NCBI GenBank assembly: GCA_030390025.1
Contig: CM059433.1
Location: 3,906,001 to 3,970,000 of the forward strand
Length of the DNA: 64,000 bases
Origin: Squalus acanthias
Taxonomy: Eukaryota
Direction: 5' to 3'
Below the pieces are notes generated by a model. That model had not been told where the DNA came from and made no database searches. It was given only the letters and a program-made list of their open reading frames with translations. Position 1 is the first letter of the stretch. Every line of letters begins with the position of its first letter. Positions 49,438-62,195 of the stretch are shown piece by piece. The position numbers were made by a program, and so were the translations under genes.

Positions 49438-51334
49438 CTGCCAATGCCCCTGCTGAACTCACTGCCCCAAGTCCTGTCGGTCCTCATTGTCCATTTAGCA
49501 GTTTGTGAGTACCACGCTGATTGTACGGAAATAATGTATTCCTTCATGACCGCCTGGACTGTGCTTTCTTCAACAACCTCAACCAATCAGGCTGGCAGAC
49601 ATGCTATGAGTTGGCTCATTTTTGAATTTGGTTCGATGAATTTCTGTAGTTTAGACATCTGAGGGTCAATTTTAACTGCGAGACGGAATTGGTGCTGAGG
49701 GGGCCCAAAGCAAGTCGCTGACCAGGAAGTGGGAAAGGAAGCAAGGCCCGGCCGATTCTCATGTCTCCTGCCCGAAGCTGGCGGGAATGATGTCAAGGCC
49801 AGTGGGCAGGAGCTGGGCTCCACCAGGGACCCATGGCAACAGTTAGAAACATAGAAACATAGGAGCAGGAGTCGGCCATTCGGCCCTACGAGCCTGCTCC
49901 GCCATTCAATGAGATCATGGCTGATCCTCTATCTCAATACCATATTCCCCCTCTCTCCCCATACCCCTTGATGCCTTTTGTGTCTAGGCATAAGGTCAGT
50001 GCTGGGGGTTGAGTGGGTGGAGGGGTGGGGGGAGGGGGGCGGCTTTCCCAAACGTATGCAGATGTGGGCAGGAAGAGGGAAGTCGGGGCAAGGGTCAGGG
50101 GAGGCCCAAGGATTCCTTCAAGGGCCTGGAGGAGCATTCCCGCTCCCCCTGGCCCCTAACAAATCTTCCCAACGAGTAAAAAATGAAACTTACCTCGGCC
50201 TCTTCTGGTCACTCAGCTGCCTTCCACCATATTTCTCTGGCCTCCCCTGAGTTACAGTAAAAACAGGATCGCAGTGCTGATGACATCATCAGGCCTCAAC
50301 TTTTACATTTATGACAGGTTTGGATAGGCTAGACGGGGAAAGGCTGTTCCCACTAGTTGATGGTACAAGGACTAGGGGACACTTCCTTTCTGACTTCCTG
50401 GTGAGCTACTTGCTTCAGGCCCCCTCAGCACCAATTCTGCCTGTAGCTGGAGCCTCTCCTGACTTGAACGCTGGTGAAAAGAAAATGGCGCCGGGCGGGA
50501 ACGGAGCGACTTCAAGCCGGTAAGTCGACTCGCCCAATTTTAACCCCTCCCACGCACCTTCGCTGGCTGTCAATGGGAGGGGGAGCGGTGGATGGTGTCA
50601 CCCCCCCCCCCCACCCCCCCCCCCCCCCCCCCCGGAATGCTGTACACTTCATAGAGTCATAATGGCACAGAAGGAGGCCATTCGGCCCATCAAGTCCGTG
50701 CCGGCTCTCTGTAGAGCAATCCAGCCAGTCCCATTCCCCCGCTCTATCCCTGTAGCCCTGCAAGTTTATTTCCCTCAAGTGCCTATCCAGTCTCCCCTTG
50801 AAAACATTGAGTGTCTCCGCTTCCACCACTTCCGTCTGCAGTGAGTTCCAGGTCCTCACCACTCGCTGCGTAAAAACGTTTTTCCTCACATCCCCCCTGT
50901 ATCTCTTACCCAAAACCTTAAATCAATGTCCCCTAGTCCTTGTACCATCAACTAGTGGGAACAGCCTTTCCCCGTCTAGCCTATCCAAACCTGTCATAAT
51001 CTTGTACACCCCTATCAAATCACCCCTCAACCTCCTTTGCTCTAATGAAAACAAATCCAGCTTCTCCAACCTGTCCTTGTAGCTAGATCCCCCATCCCCA
51101 GAATCATTCTAGTAAATCTCCTCTGCACCCTCTCAAGGGCCTTCACATCCTTCCTAAAGTGCGGTGACCAGAACTGGACATCACGTGGTAAACATTAATA
51201 CAATCTTGCCTCTCTGCAATTCACTAGTGAATCTGAATCTCCAGCTGGACAGGGTTAAAGCCTCCGATTGAAATCTGTTTTCATCATTTGGATATAAACC
51301 GACCTCGATGAAGAACTCATTTACATGCTTCCTC
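49438..51334 (-). pseudogene. Candidate exon 5, split by a CR1 fragment (about 50648-51180) and a MITE (about 49662-50635)
   Basis: Acceptor ttcatacag. Removing the inserts gives one frame: RKHVNEFFIEVGLYP...GKIVLMFTT*SVQHSDV*TTEIHRTKF...RKHSPGGHEGIHYFRTISVVLTNC*MDNEDRQDLGQ*VQQGHWQ. Donor CAG|GCGAGT (GC type), phase 0. Confidence 0.65.
50648..51180 (-). mobile_element. CR1 3' fragment inserted in pseudo-exon 5 (small CR1 pieces also at 49845-49985 and 50310-50385)
   Basis: FTQRVVRTWNSL and a CR1 3' UTR. Confidence 0.9.
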
Positions 51335-52099
51335 CTGTATGAAAATTCATGCATATGCACGTCCACATAAACATGCACAAGTACAAACAGAAACTGGTTC
51401 ATACCAGCTTAGAGATTCCTGTTTGGTGTCATTCTGCTGGAGCTTTGTGTTGTGTTCGTGTTGTACATGCGGGAAAAAAAATCTTAATTTTTTTTCTTTC
51501 CTACTCCTCAACTCGAACTTAAGACCTTTATGTGGCTACATCGAATTAAAGGATTGAATTGCTTTCACAGTTTATACTACCAAGATTTCTCATTTAAAAC
51601 CATTCGTTTATTGTATTAATTGATATATGTATTCGCAGCCTTTCTCTGAAATGCGACTGCGCATACAAATCAATGCTTGTTTAATTTAGAATTCATGAAT
51701 TTGAGGCCTGCGCCAGAAATGACACTGAGAACAGAACAGGAATAGTCAATGATCCCTGCTTTGTGAGCGAGGGCTCTGCGTGCTCACACGTGGGAGTGGA
51801 ATTCCTCCTTTAATGAAAAATAGAAGAAAGGCTGTTTTTCTCCAATAATGAATGACTCAATAACAAAACAGCCTTCTTGGACGGAGCTGTCTGAGGCCCT
51901 GTGCCAGCGAGGCCTCGCGTGCAGCGAGTGACGTATTGCAACATCACGGGCGCTCCAATTCAAATGTTTCACCCATTGATATTAATGAACGGAAAATCTC
52001 AGCCAATACACCCTTGGCTTTCCAGTAAGTCGCCTGTTGGTTGTTTTTTTTATTTCGCTTCCTACCGTCGGGGGGAATTCTGCTCTAAATTCCAGGAGC

Positions 52100-52285
52100 C
52101 TGTTGCTGGGAATTCCTCAGCGAGCTTGAGGATGAGGAGAGGTTGGAGAGCGCGATGCACTCCGGGGACTCCTGCACTACCTGCCTGGTCCTCCTCTCCT
52201 GTCTGGCGGTCACCCATTCCCTCTCTGCCTGCACACTCGTAAGCTGCGGGGTGACCACCTCGAGAAACGTGCTGTCCGCTGTAAC
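52100..52285 (-). mobile_element. Probable CR1 ORF1 fragment
   Basis: FLEVVTPQ...WVTARQ...VVQESPECIALSN resembles CR1 ORF1, from recall only. Confidence 0.55.
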
Positions 52286-52404
52286 AGGTTGCAGAGGGAG
52301 GCCCGCCTGAGCCTGAGGTAGATTGGATTGACCAACCATCATTGAAGAGGTGGGTCCACAGACCCCCCCACCAGGACTACTCGGGAATGTCAGAGGAGAT
52401 TTAC

Positions 52405-52660
52405 CTTTGCCAGGGAGGTCTATTTATTGTATAAACCATAAAGTAGTCTCGACATGCTGGAAGTTGAGGAAGCACGTGCACAGTGACAGACAATTTGTGC
52501 CCAGATTGCCGATTCCACCCAAGACAGAAACACGTGGCCAATGTGTTTAACTTGGGACCCAAAGTTAATGATATGCAATTGCATTTGCTCTCCCCGAACC
52601 CCTCCTGGCAATCAATGAATGCTGACTTATTAAATGCAGCACCCACCCAAACATTTTGCA
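52405..52660 (-). pseudogene. Candidate exon 4b (duplicated segment plus 3' end of the exon)
   Basis: QNVWVGAAFNKSAFIDCQEGFGES...HKLSVTVHVLPQLPACRDYFMVYTINRPPWQ. Donor AG|GTAAAT is phase 2, matching exon 5. Confidence 0.55.
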
Positions 52661-53294
52661 CTATCTGCACGTCAACTTGGGGGTGTCGATAAGTGATGGT
52701 TTTAATAATGACTTGAAGTGTTACGGCCTTGAAAACTGTGACTGTGGTGAGACTTTCGATTGGGCATTGCGGCCTGGAGTTTCCGCTTGGTTGCGGCCTG
52801 GTGTTTGGCCAAACCAACACGAAAAAATTGAGGAATTTTAAGCGCAAGTTACATTCAGAGCAAATCGAGTTTCCGTAATCTTTTGCGCTAGTTTACAAAT
52901 CATTGCGCTGGAGGCCGGCCCCGCCCATAAAACTGGTCACAACCCCCAGATCGAATTAATCGCCATCGGAAGTTTTCCGCTAATTGCACCTGTTTGCGCG
53001 CCTTCGAGGAGGCTCTTAAGCTGTTTGTTTTTTAGGTGCAAGGGCACTAATAGGCACGTTTTAAAGGTTTTAATTTGTTTTTAATTTACTGAGACACTGA
53101 CTACTGTACACCGATGTAACTAGTAAATGGTTCTGTATCGTTTTTTTAAAGTCATTTTCAGTTATTTAAAATTGGGTTACTCGCAGGTGGTGGACTGGAC
53201 ACTCTGATAAAATGCTTATTTTTTCTGATAAACCCATTTGCAGCTGTATTAATCAAACTGCACCCAGTTACCCCTCTTAAATATATCAAAGAAT

Positions 53295-54187
53295 GGGGGG
53301 AAAATTCAGTTGGTTGCGCCTCCCGTTAGCGCCTTAAGAGGGCGCTAATGGGGCGCAAATCATCTCGCACCCAGGCGCGGCGATGTTTGCGCCGCTCGTG
53401 AAATTAACTAGACACTTTGCGGCGGCACTAAACACTACGGCCATGATCTCCTGCGCCGGCAGATCGTGACGTCAGTGGAGTGCGCACCGCCCCGGTATCG
53501 CCCCGGAGCGGATATTGAGTGGCGCCCCCTGCCTTGCCGCCTGACACTAGCAATGACATGTTGAGGGGAGCGTTTTGCAGTCATGAAGGGACTGGGGGAG
53601 CGCTATTTAAAGGCGACCGCTTCCTGCCTTTTATTGTTGGTGCCATTTTTGAACCACGCATTCTGAGAGAGAGGGAGAGAGACTTCTGGAGAGATTCAAT
53701 GCTGTGCGAAGGAGTTTTGGGTACTGAGCAGCACTTTGCAGGTTCATTTTGATTTGCCATTCCTTGTCTCGATTTAGAAGAGACTGTGGGGGCTGCACTC
53801 TGAGCTCTTTCCCTGGTACTCTCCATTGTTCTTTCCAGCAGATTTGATGTGCAGGTCTCTCCAGGCCAAGATTCAAGGCTGCAATGAGCAGGATGTGGAT
53901 GGAAAGCAAGATCAACCATCCCCTTTAAGAACTGGCCCATGCCATTGTGTGTGTGTTCCGTTGCTGACTGACATCACATGAGCTTCGCCAGCGCTCTGAG
54001 GTAGCGCCTCGCTCCCAGGCCTTTGCGTCTTAAGACAGGTGTGAAGCGCCTGATGTAGCGCTCCAATCACCTCCAGGGGCGATAAAAGTCAAGTTTGCAG
54101 TCGGTGGCGATAATTAGCGCCAGGCGCTAATCTTTGCGCCCAGCCGATAATTGCGCCCCAAATGGGGCGATACTGAATTTCTCCCCC
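53295..54187. mobile_element. Harbinger-type MITE, nested in another MITE-like element (about 52770-54360)
   Basis: TIR GGGGGGAAAATTCAG / CTGAATTTCTCCCCC and TSD AAT. The left subterminus is shared with 42924. Confidence 0.8.
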
Positions 54188-54719
54188 AATATGTTTTAAT
54201 TCAAAAAAAATTTTTAAATTACTTTCTAAAACGCTGCCCGATTGCGCTGGTTCATGGAAGATTTTACGTTAAGTTATATGCAAATGAGTTTGAGCAGAAA
54301 CTTGAGCAAAAAAAAAACACTTCTGAAAACCAGCGCAATTTTGACCGCAATTTGCGCCTCAACTTCATCTACAAATTCCTCCATGAATCTGCTCCTCACT
54401 ATTTCTGCAAACTCCTCGCGCCTACTTCACTGTTTACACCCTCTGCTCTTCCAATCCTGGTTTGCTGCCCGCTCCACTCTCCTTCAGCTCTACCGTCAGA
54501 GGCAGAGCGTTCAAGCATCTTGCCCCCACGCTCTGGAGCTCTCTTCCTAAACTCCTCTGATTTTTTTTTTATTCATTCATGGGATCTGGGCGTCGCTGGC
54601 AAGGCCCAGCATTTATTGCCCATCCCTAATTGACCTTGAGAAGGTGGTGGTGAGCCACCTTCTTGAACCGCTGCAGTCCGTGTGGTGAAGGTTCTCCCAC
54701 AGTGCTGTTAGGGGACTTG

Positions 54720-55280
54720 GAGGGGAATTTGCAGAAACACTTGGCCAATATGTTTAACTTGGGACCCAAAGTTCAAAATATTTTTGATCTCTAATGATAT
54801 GGAATTGCAATTGCTCTCCCCGAACCCCTCCTGGCAATCAATGAATGCTGACTTATTAAATGCAGAACCCACCCAAATATTTTGCTGCTGAATCATATAG
54901 TCGTACTCAAGTCTAAGCAACTTGTCTCTGTGTAACACTCTGCATGGTGAAAATACTAAAAATATGGAGTATATTAGTCAGCATTCACTTTTATTTGCTA
55001 CATGCAGAGGCTTTGCTATTGTGTTCAACAGAAATTGCCATAAATGTCTTCTGATGTAATGCAGCGCATAACTTCCATCTTCGGGCATTTAAATGGTTCA
55101 ATTAATATCTTGCGATAGTTCACTGCTGATTTTTGTCCCCTGCTTAAAATTATCCATCATGTGGCCACTTATGGCGACTTGCTGTGGAATTTTCGAATAG
55201 GGTCAGTTCCTGAAACCGAGAGCAGCCTGTTCTGGAAATAAAGCTCGGATACACAAGTTGGCCATTATGGAGTGTTTGCC
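54720..55280 (-). pseudogene. Candidate exons 3 and 4a (internal boundary uncertain)
   Basis: Branch-like ctaac and acceptor cctcag before 55280, phase 0: GKHSIMANLCIRALFPEQAALGFRN*PYSKIPQQ.... A second acceptor before 54939 leads in the same frame to VLHRDKLLRLEYDYMIQQQNIWVGSAFNKSAFIDCQEGFGES...NFGSQVKHIGQVFL. No donor found for exon 3. Confidence 0.45.
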
Positions 55281-55439
55281 CTGAGGCAAGTTAGTAAGTA
55301 TCTGATCTAGCACAAACTTTGAAAATGTGATCATGTTAGTTTCTATTTCTATAAATGTTAGCTGCAACAGTGATTGGTGAGACAATGTTCATATTGTTGT
55401 GTTTGCCGACTCCTCTGTTTAATCAGCTAATAAGTATCT

Positions 55440-56012
55440 CACAAGAAAATATTTGTCTTTGTCTCTACCTCACTCCCCCCACTGCTGAAACCCTTACTCA
55501 TACGTCTGTCATCCTCTTTTCCAATGTCCTCCTCCATGGCCTCCCAAATTCCACCTGTGTTAAATGCCAACTCCTGCAGAGCATTACCCTCAACATCTTA
55601 TCCCATCTATGGCCCACTCACCTCTCACCCCTGTCCTTGTTACCCACTGGCTCAAAATCCCTCAACTTCGAATCCTCGTCTTCGTCTACAAATTCCTCCA
55701 CGAATCTGCTCCTCACTACTTCGGCAAACTCCTCGCGCCTACTTCGCTGTTTACACCCTCTGCTCTTCCAATCCTGGTTTGCTGCCCGCTCCACTCTCCT
55801 TCAGCTCTACCGTCAGAGGCAGAGCTTTCAAGCATCTTGCCCCCACGCTCTGGAGCTCTCTTCCTAAACTCCTCTGATTTATTACATCTCTACCTTCTTT
55901 CAGAAGTTTCAGGATCTACCTCTTCAACCATGCTTTCTCTAACTTCCCTCCTACTCCTGTTTGGGTTTGGTCGGCAACTGTGGACCACTTTGGGATAGTT
56001 TTGCTACATTAA
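55440..56012 (+). mobile_element. Old L2 fragment, partly duplicated at 54360-54560
   Basis: TPVLVTHWLKIP...ILVFVYKFLH. Confidence 0.75.
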
Positions 56013-57814
56013 ACCCAGATGGGCTTGGCATCTAGCTGGGATTTACCCGCCCGCCCGCGACCTCTGGCATCCACCCCGCTGAAGCTTGTGGGGTCAGAGG
56101 GAGGCCACTTAATTTAAACAAGCAGGTCTGGACGGAGAGGCCACAAAATGTGGCTGAGGATCTGGGGTCCAGTGGGTCAGCCAGACCTACTCTGTCCTGG
56201 AAAGATTATGTACCCTTATCCATCAGCCCCCTTTATAAAGGAAGTGGGGGAGGATGAAGAATCTCGGTTAAATTCTGCAGCTCTTGAGGGACCCAGACCA
56301 CAACCCAGGTCTACATCCATAGGTGGCCCCCACAGTCACCAGTCTAGTGGCTGGTACACTTACCTCCGCACAGCGTACAGACCACACATGCACCACCTGT
56401 CAGATCCCAGGGTGGGTCTGAGGAAACTCGTGGCCTGGGAGGTCCTGACCCAGCCATGTCCCGTTCCAGGCCACTGGCCTTGTTTGGGGTAGATGGAGGT
56501 CTTCCCCTAATGAAGCCTCCAGGAGGAAGCGAGGACCTGGCATATCTGGATCCCAGCGAAATTGGTGGCCATTCTGCTGAACTCATGCTGGAGTTATGGC
56601 AGGAGTGCGCCAGAAGGGTTGCTGATCTTCGGTCGCTTTATATAAATCTTAGTAATTGTTGAAAATGGTATTTTAACTTTTCCTATGTCAGTGACTCCTA
56701 CTTTTTTTTTTATTCGATCATGGGATGTGGGCGTCGCTGGCAAGGCCAGCATTTATTGCCCATCCCTAGTTGCCCTTGAGAAGGTGGTGGTGAGCCGCCT
56801 TCTTGAACCGCTGCAGTCCGTGTGGTGAAGGTGCTCCCACAGTGCTGTTAGGGAGGAAGTTCCAGGATTTTGACCCAGTGACGATGAAGGATGGCGATAT
56901 ACTTCTAAGTCAGGATGGCGTGTGACTTGGAGGGGAACTTGGAGGTGGTGGTGTTCCCGTGCGCCTGCTGCCCTTGTCCTTCTAGGTGGAAGAGATCGCA
57001 GGGTTTGGGAGGTGCTGTCAAAGGAGCCTTGGTGAGTTACATCTCACTTTTGTTAGCAGGTATTGTCTCCAATAGCACTGGGAGAATTAAAATCATAGGG
57101 CAAATTTTATGCTATTGCGGAGGAGCCTCATCCGCTGGCCACATATATTAGAAATCACGGATGGAAAATCATGGGTGTCACATCCACGGGTCCTCGCTAT
57201 GCGTGCCCAAGACTTCACGTCAATACTACACATTCATAAAATCAGCCTTTACAGACGGATGGATGGATAAAATTCGCATTTTTCATCTTTCACTTCTTTC
57301 TTGTCACTGATACTGAAGGCCGGGTCCGGGCCTCCCAGGCCACGAGTTTCCTCAGCCCCACTGTGTTACAGTTCCACAAGTGTTGTCAGCCTTGTGTTAC
57401 TGCACTGCGCCCAGGTGACCATTAATACAGTGAGTGTCAGTGTGGTATTTACCTTGTGGACCGTCATATCTGAGCCCCATCCTGTATTAATGCGCACTTT
57501 CTATGGGGGCCACTGGACAGTGATCAAGAGTGAGGACTCTGACTTTCTTCTCACCTCCTCCGTCCCCGTCCCCCCCCCCCCCCCCGGCCCCCCTCCCTGC
57601 CCCACACTTCAGATTAGAGGTGCTGAGTCCAATTGGGGCACTGTTATTGCTGCCAAGCCGAGGTCCGCTAACATAACGCAGATCAAAGACCAACCCTGCG
57701 ATCTCCCAGTTCTGTATAGCACAGTCCCTTCCCTTACCGTCCATTTCATTTATCCATTAAACCTTGAAGTGAGAGTGGAGAGTGGAGTTTAGCTTTTTAT
57801 TTCACCATCCTTGA

Positions 57815-58000
57815 AAGGGCGGTGGAAGCAGTTTCAATCGTAACTTTCAAAAAGGAAATAGATGTATACCTTAAAAGGAAGAATTTGCAGGGCTATGGGG
57901 AAAGAGCAGGGGAGTGGGACTAATTGGATAGTTCCTTCAAAGAGCCGGCACAGGCACGATGGGCTGAATGGCCTCCTATGCTGTATCATTCTATGATTTC
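57815..58000 (+). mobile_element. CR1 3' fragment
   Basis: ORF2 end and 3' UTR with CTATGAT tail. Confidence 0.8.
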
Positions 58001-58542
58001 TAATCAACTACCCCGAATCAACAGTTGCTTAATTGAATATTTTGAATCAAACAGGAAAATTCTTTACTGCTAAAATAATTGTCAAAAGGATACAATTGAT
58101 GAATGTCGAAAACCTCTGCGAATATCTGACTCAGTTGTATAAAGCATATTTAGATTGTTTCATAATGTTTCCGTCGAAATTATTTTTCGTCATATATTGT
58201 GTCTGTCCTGTTTCACTTTGTTATTTTTATTATGTCTTATTTCCTTATCATCCCACTTGAAGGATCATCTCGGAAAACAAGTGGCAAGCTATTCCATCAG
58301 ACTTGTCAACAAGGATGTGGGCAACATGCGGTCAAGGACACAATTATGGCATTTTTTTATCACTAAATTTTATTGTGAGGAAGAAATTTCAGTACAAAAA
58401 CACTGCAGAACCTCACAGGAGCCGACAAGGCATCTCTGGCACAGCAGTGATGAATGATGCACGGTCATCTGAGGAGTGTCCTTTTATGGAACTCCCCCAT
58501 CATGTTGTGTAAGAGCGCACCAAAGTCAGGAATGAGATTTTC

Positions 58543-58986
58543 TGTGGCTCAGTGGGTAGCACACTCGCCTCTGAGTCAGAAGGTCGTGGGTTCAAGTTCC
58601 CACTCCAGGGCCTCGAGCACATAAAGCTAGGCTGACACTCCAGTGCAGTGCTGAGGGAGTGCTGCACTGTCGGAGGTGCTGTCTTTCGGATGGGACGTTA
58701 AACTGAGGCCCCGTCTGCTCTCTCAGGTGGACGTAAAAGATCCCCATGGGCACTATTTCAAAGAAGAGTAGGGGAGGTGGCCTGGCCAATATTTATCTCT
58801 CAACCAACATCACTAAAACAGATTATCTGGTCATTATCACATTGCTGCATGTGGGAGCTTGCTGTGCGCAAATTGGCTGCCACGTTTCCCACATTACAAC
58901 AGTGACTGTACTTCATTGACTGTAAAGCGCTTTGGGACGTCCGGTGGTCGTGAAAGGCGCTATAGAAATGCAAGTCTTTCTTTCTT
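58543..58986 (+). mobile_element. Full-length tRNA-headed SINE (DeuSINE/SacSINE1-like)
   Basis: A-box TGGCTCAGTGGG, B-box GGTTCAAGTTCC, core GCTGCACTGTCGGAGGTGCTGTCTTTCGGATG, and a CTTT tail. Confidence 0.88.
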
Positions 58987-59209
58987 ACAGAGCAGCTTAC
59001 TGCCCATATAAGTGCACCTCTTTTCTTGCCAAAAATGGTTGTGGGTTCATTCAGCAACCAGTTGAAGTTGTGTTGCAGGAGCTTTTACGGCAAAGCATGG
59101 CTTTATTTCGTGGTGAGCACCATTCAGCAGTGAAGAGCCAGAGCAACATTGATGGAAGTGATGTTGTGTGTAAATGCAGTCTCACCTGTGGCCCACACTT
59201 GAAAGGTGT

Positions 59210-59728
59210 TGAACATAAGAAGATAAGAATTAGGAGCAGGAGTTGGCCATTTGGCCCCTCGAGCCTGCTCCGCCATTCAATAAGATCATGGCTGATCTTC
59301 TACCTCATCTCCACTTTCCTGAACTATCCCCATATCGCTTGATTCCCTTAATATTCAAAAATCTATCGATCTCTGTCTTGAATATACTCAACGACTGAGC
59401 CTCCACAGCCCTCTGGGGTAGAAAATTCCAAAGATTCACCACCCTCTGAGTGAAGAAATTTCTCCTCATCTCAGTCCTAAATGGCCGACCCCTTATTCTG
59501 AGACTATGACCCCTGGTTCTAAACTCTCCAGCCAGGGGAAACATCCTCCCTGCATCTACCCTGTCAAGTCCTGTAAGAATTTTGTATGTTTCAATGAGAT
59601 CACCTCTCATTCTTCTAAACTCTAGGGAATATAGGCCTAGCCTACTCAATCTCTCCTCATAGGACAATCCCCCCATCCCAGGAATCAGTCTGGTGAACCT
59701 TCGTTGCACTCCCTCTGTGGCAAGTATA
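59210..59728 (-). mobile_element. CR1 3' fragment
   Basis: VQRRFTRLIPGM...GIKRYG plus tail. Confidence 0.93.
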
Positions 59729-61899
59729 TTGAGGAAGACATTTTGTGACCTACACAAGACTGTCCAATGGTTAGTGAGCAAATATGTGACAACATCTTAA
59801 TAAATTGTCTTGCCAAACTTTTTTTATTGATCCTCACTATAAAATTTGGCACACCAACACAAAGGGAGAATGCAGGGAATTCTGCCAACTGCTGATCTTT
59901 GTAAATACGGCTTTCTCATTTTCCACTGTGTCATTTTGCTATATCACAGTGTAGCTGTGTTGGTCAATAATTGGGCCAAGTATCAAGCACAAAGTATGAG
60001 AACAGCACAAGATTGCTTACAGTTGCCTGTTCACACATTCACATAAGGCGACTGTTGTCTTGGCCACTTTGGTAGAACTAATTTTCTCTCGCAATCCTCT
60101 TTCTTTCATATGTCCCTTTTATATCTGCATATAACAGCACTTTCACTGTACAGCACCTGCTTGCACACATAATTTGATAGCTGAAGTTCTAAGCTTAGGA
60201 TTATCTTCACTCAAAAAGGCTTTGCCTAGTGCTATAAAGATTCTGAACTCCAATATATAGCAGTCTGTCTCCTCTGGATTCATGTTGGGGAGTCAGATTG
60301 AGATAGCCTTGATGCAGGGCTTCAACTATACAGGTGGCTGTTCCCACACTGATCTCTGGCCATGTCGAGAGACTGCCCAGCATAAGGAGAATGGCAGGAG
60401 TTGGTTGGAAATGTCTCTCAGGGCAATGCTAACCACCGTCACTCTGCTCAAATGACTACAGTTGAGGGGCTAAGGCATCTGTGGGCATCTTTGGAATCAG
60501 GAGAAAGAAGGATTAGGTCATCTCCATCTCTAGGATCAAGCACAGTCAGATGACACAATTTACCTCACTTCCTCCTTCTACTGCAAGAACAGTTAGAAAG
60601 ACAACAAGGTTAAGAAGTAGGAGGCAGGTACACTTTGAATAAGGGGAAACACCAGGCAAGACACATTGAACACAGCAGCACCATACAATGTAAGGACTAA
60701 TAAATGTTCCATGTTTTGTGGTGTAAAGCAGGTTCAAGTTTTTGAAGAGAAATGAGGCTGGTGTACATCTGGGCCTAATGGAGGGTGTGTTTTATTTGGC
60801 TTGGGAATCGGACATATATGGAGAACCCTATTAAGCATTGACTGGAAAAAACTATTAATGGAAGGCTTGGGTAATTAGATCCTGGCTATTGACTGCAGCA
60901 GTCTGAGCAGTTGCTTCAGTAAGCAATTCTTCTCTGTGATTGGCCTTGTCTTCTTCAGCTTCTTACCACCTTAAATTTCCTAGAAGCTCCATCATTGGCT
61001 CCCTTCACAGGACAAGCAGTGAAGCACACAGCAGGCAATAGTACTCTCACATGCCTTGACTGGATTATGGAGTACATTCTCCTGTTTGGTCCCAGCAATG
61101 GAGTTCTGTTTGAGGAAGCCAGGGATTTGTTCTACTACAAGCATGGTAGATGCATGGGCCACATTGTACCTTTCATGACCTCTTTTCCTCAGAGTCATAC
61201 CAGTAAGTTAGATATGACGTAGGTCTTTCAGTTCTCCCTCTCTCAAATGGTTAGTGACCAAAATATGGAAAGTGACGCAACATATATCTTCCTTTGAAAT
61301 TGTCATTTCTGGGTCAGCTGCCAATACTCTGTTGAGTTTTCAGACAATAATTTCCAGAACACACAGGATTCCTGGCCACCGAAACTCAGCTGAAAGCCCA
61401 GGGGGATCATTTTAACCTTTACCACCTGGGAGATGAAGGTCAAAGTTACCCCCATGTTAACCTTAGGAATATGTTAGTGTTGATCACACACTGTGGAACC
61501 ATTAATGCAATGGCAGGCACCCACAGCACTAATGTACATCGGGCACTGGCTCCCTGTATTATCGGGCATGGAGGCCTTGAAGCACTTTAACCATTGGAGT
61601 GATTATTTGCACGAACATGGGGGCGGAGCCTAACCACCGCCCCGCCCCCACTGGAGCTGCGCATACGCACCCAACGTTGCAGCTGCGCATGTGCACCGGA
61701 GGGCCCTTGTCTGATCGGAGGGGGAGCAGTCGGCCGCGGACTCGGGGTGGGAGTCTGGGTGTGGGGACCAGACTCAGGCTCTGCAGCCTCGGGGCCGGAG
61801 CTCCAACACCGCTTGCTGTCTGTGTGGGTATTTCTGGAGCGATCCTTCCCCCCACCCCGCCACCCCTGGGGGGAGACGCCTGTTTGTGCTGCACTTGTT

Positions 61900-62195
61900 T
61901 GGGGAGAAGGTCAGGAGATCAGAGTGGGGAGAGGAGTGGGGATCGGAGGGAGGGAGAGGGGATCAGATGGGAGGAGAGGAGAGGGGATCGGAGAGAGGAG
62001 AGGAGGGGGGAAAGGAGAGGGGATCAGAGTGGAGATCGGAGGGAGAGAGGAGAGGAGGGGGGAAAGGAGAGGGGATCAGAGCGGGGATTGGAGGGGGAGA
62101 GGAGAGAGGATCGGAGGGGGAGAGGAGAGGGGATTGGAGGGGGGAGAGGAGAGGGGATTGGAGGAGGGGGAAGGGCAGGAGCTTGGGGGGGAGAG
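61900..62195 (+). repeat. GA-rich low-complexity tract
   Basis: Degenerate GGAGAGGGGATCGGAGG units, almost all purines. Confidence 0.85.

Larger units (their letters stand above)
58260..61210. mobile_element. Second degraded Harbinger-like element (ends not defined)
   Basis: Minus strand 60992-61198 reads ERYNVAHASTMLVVEQIPGFLKQ...IACCVLH, like a Harbinger transposase C-terminus. A weak Myb-like relic lies on + at about 58260-58450. Confidence 0.6.

Noticed and set aside
45467..51334. In-frame TGA codons as selenocysteine recoding
   Set aside because: TAA stops, TE insertions and a frameshift in the neighbouring exon also break the gene. CpG decay is the simpler explanation.
58543..58610. 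tRNA gene
   Set aside because: It is the head of a SINE and continues into the SINE body.
61011..61203. Plus-strand exon with good AG and GTAAGT signals and an open frame
   Set aside because: The opposite strand is better explained as a Harbinger transposase relic.
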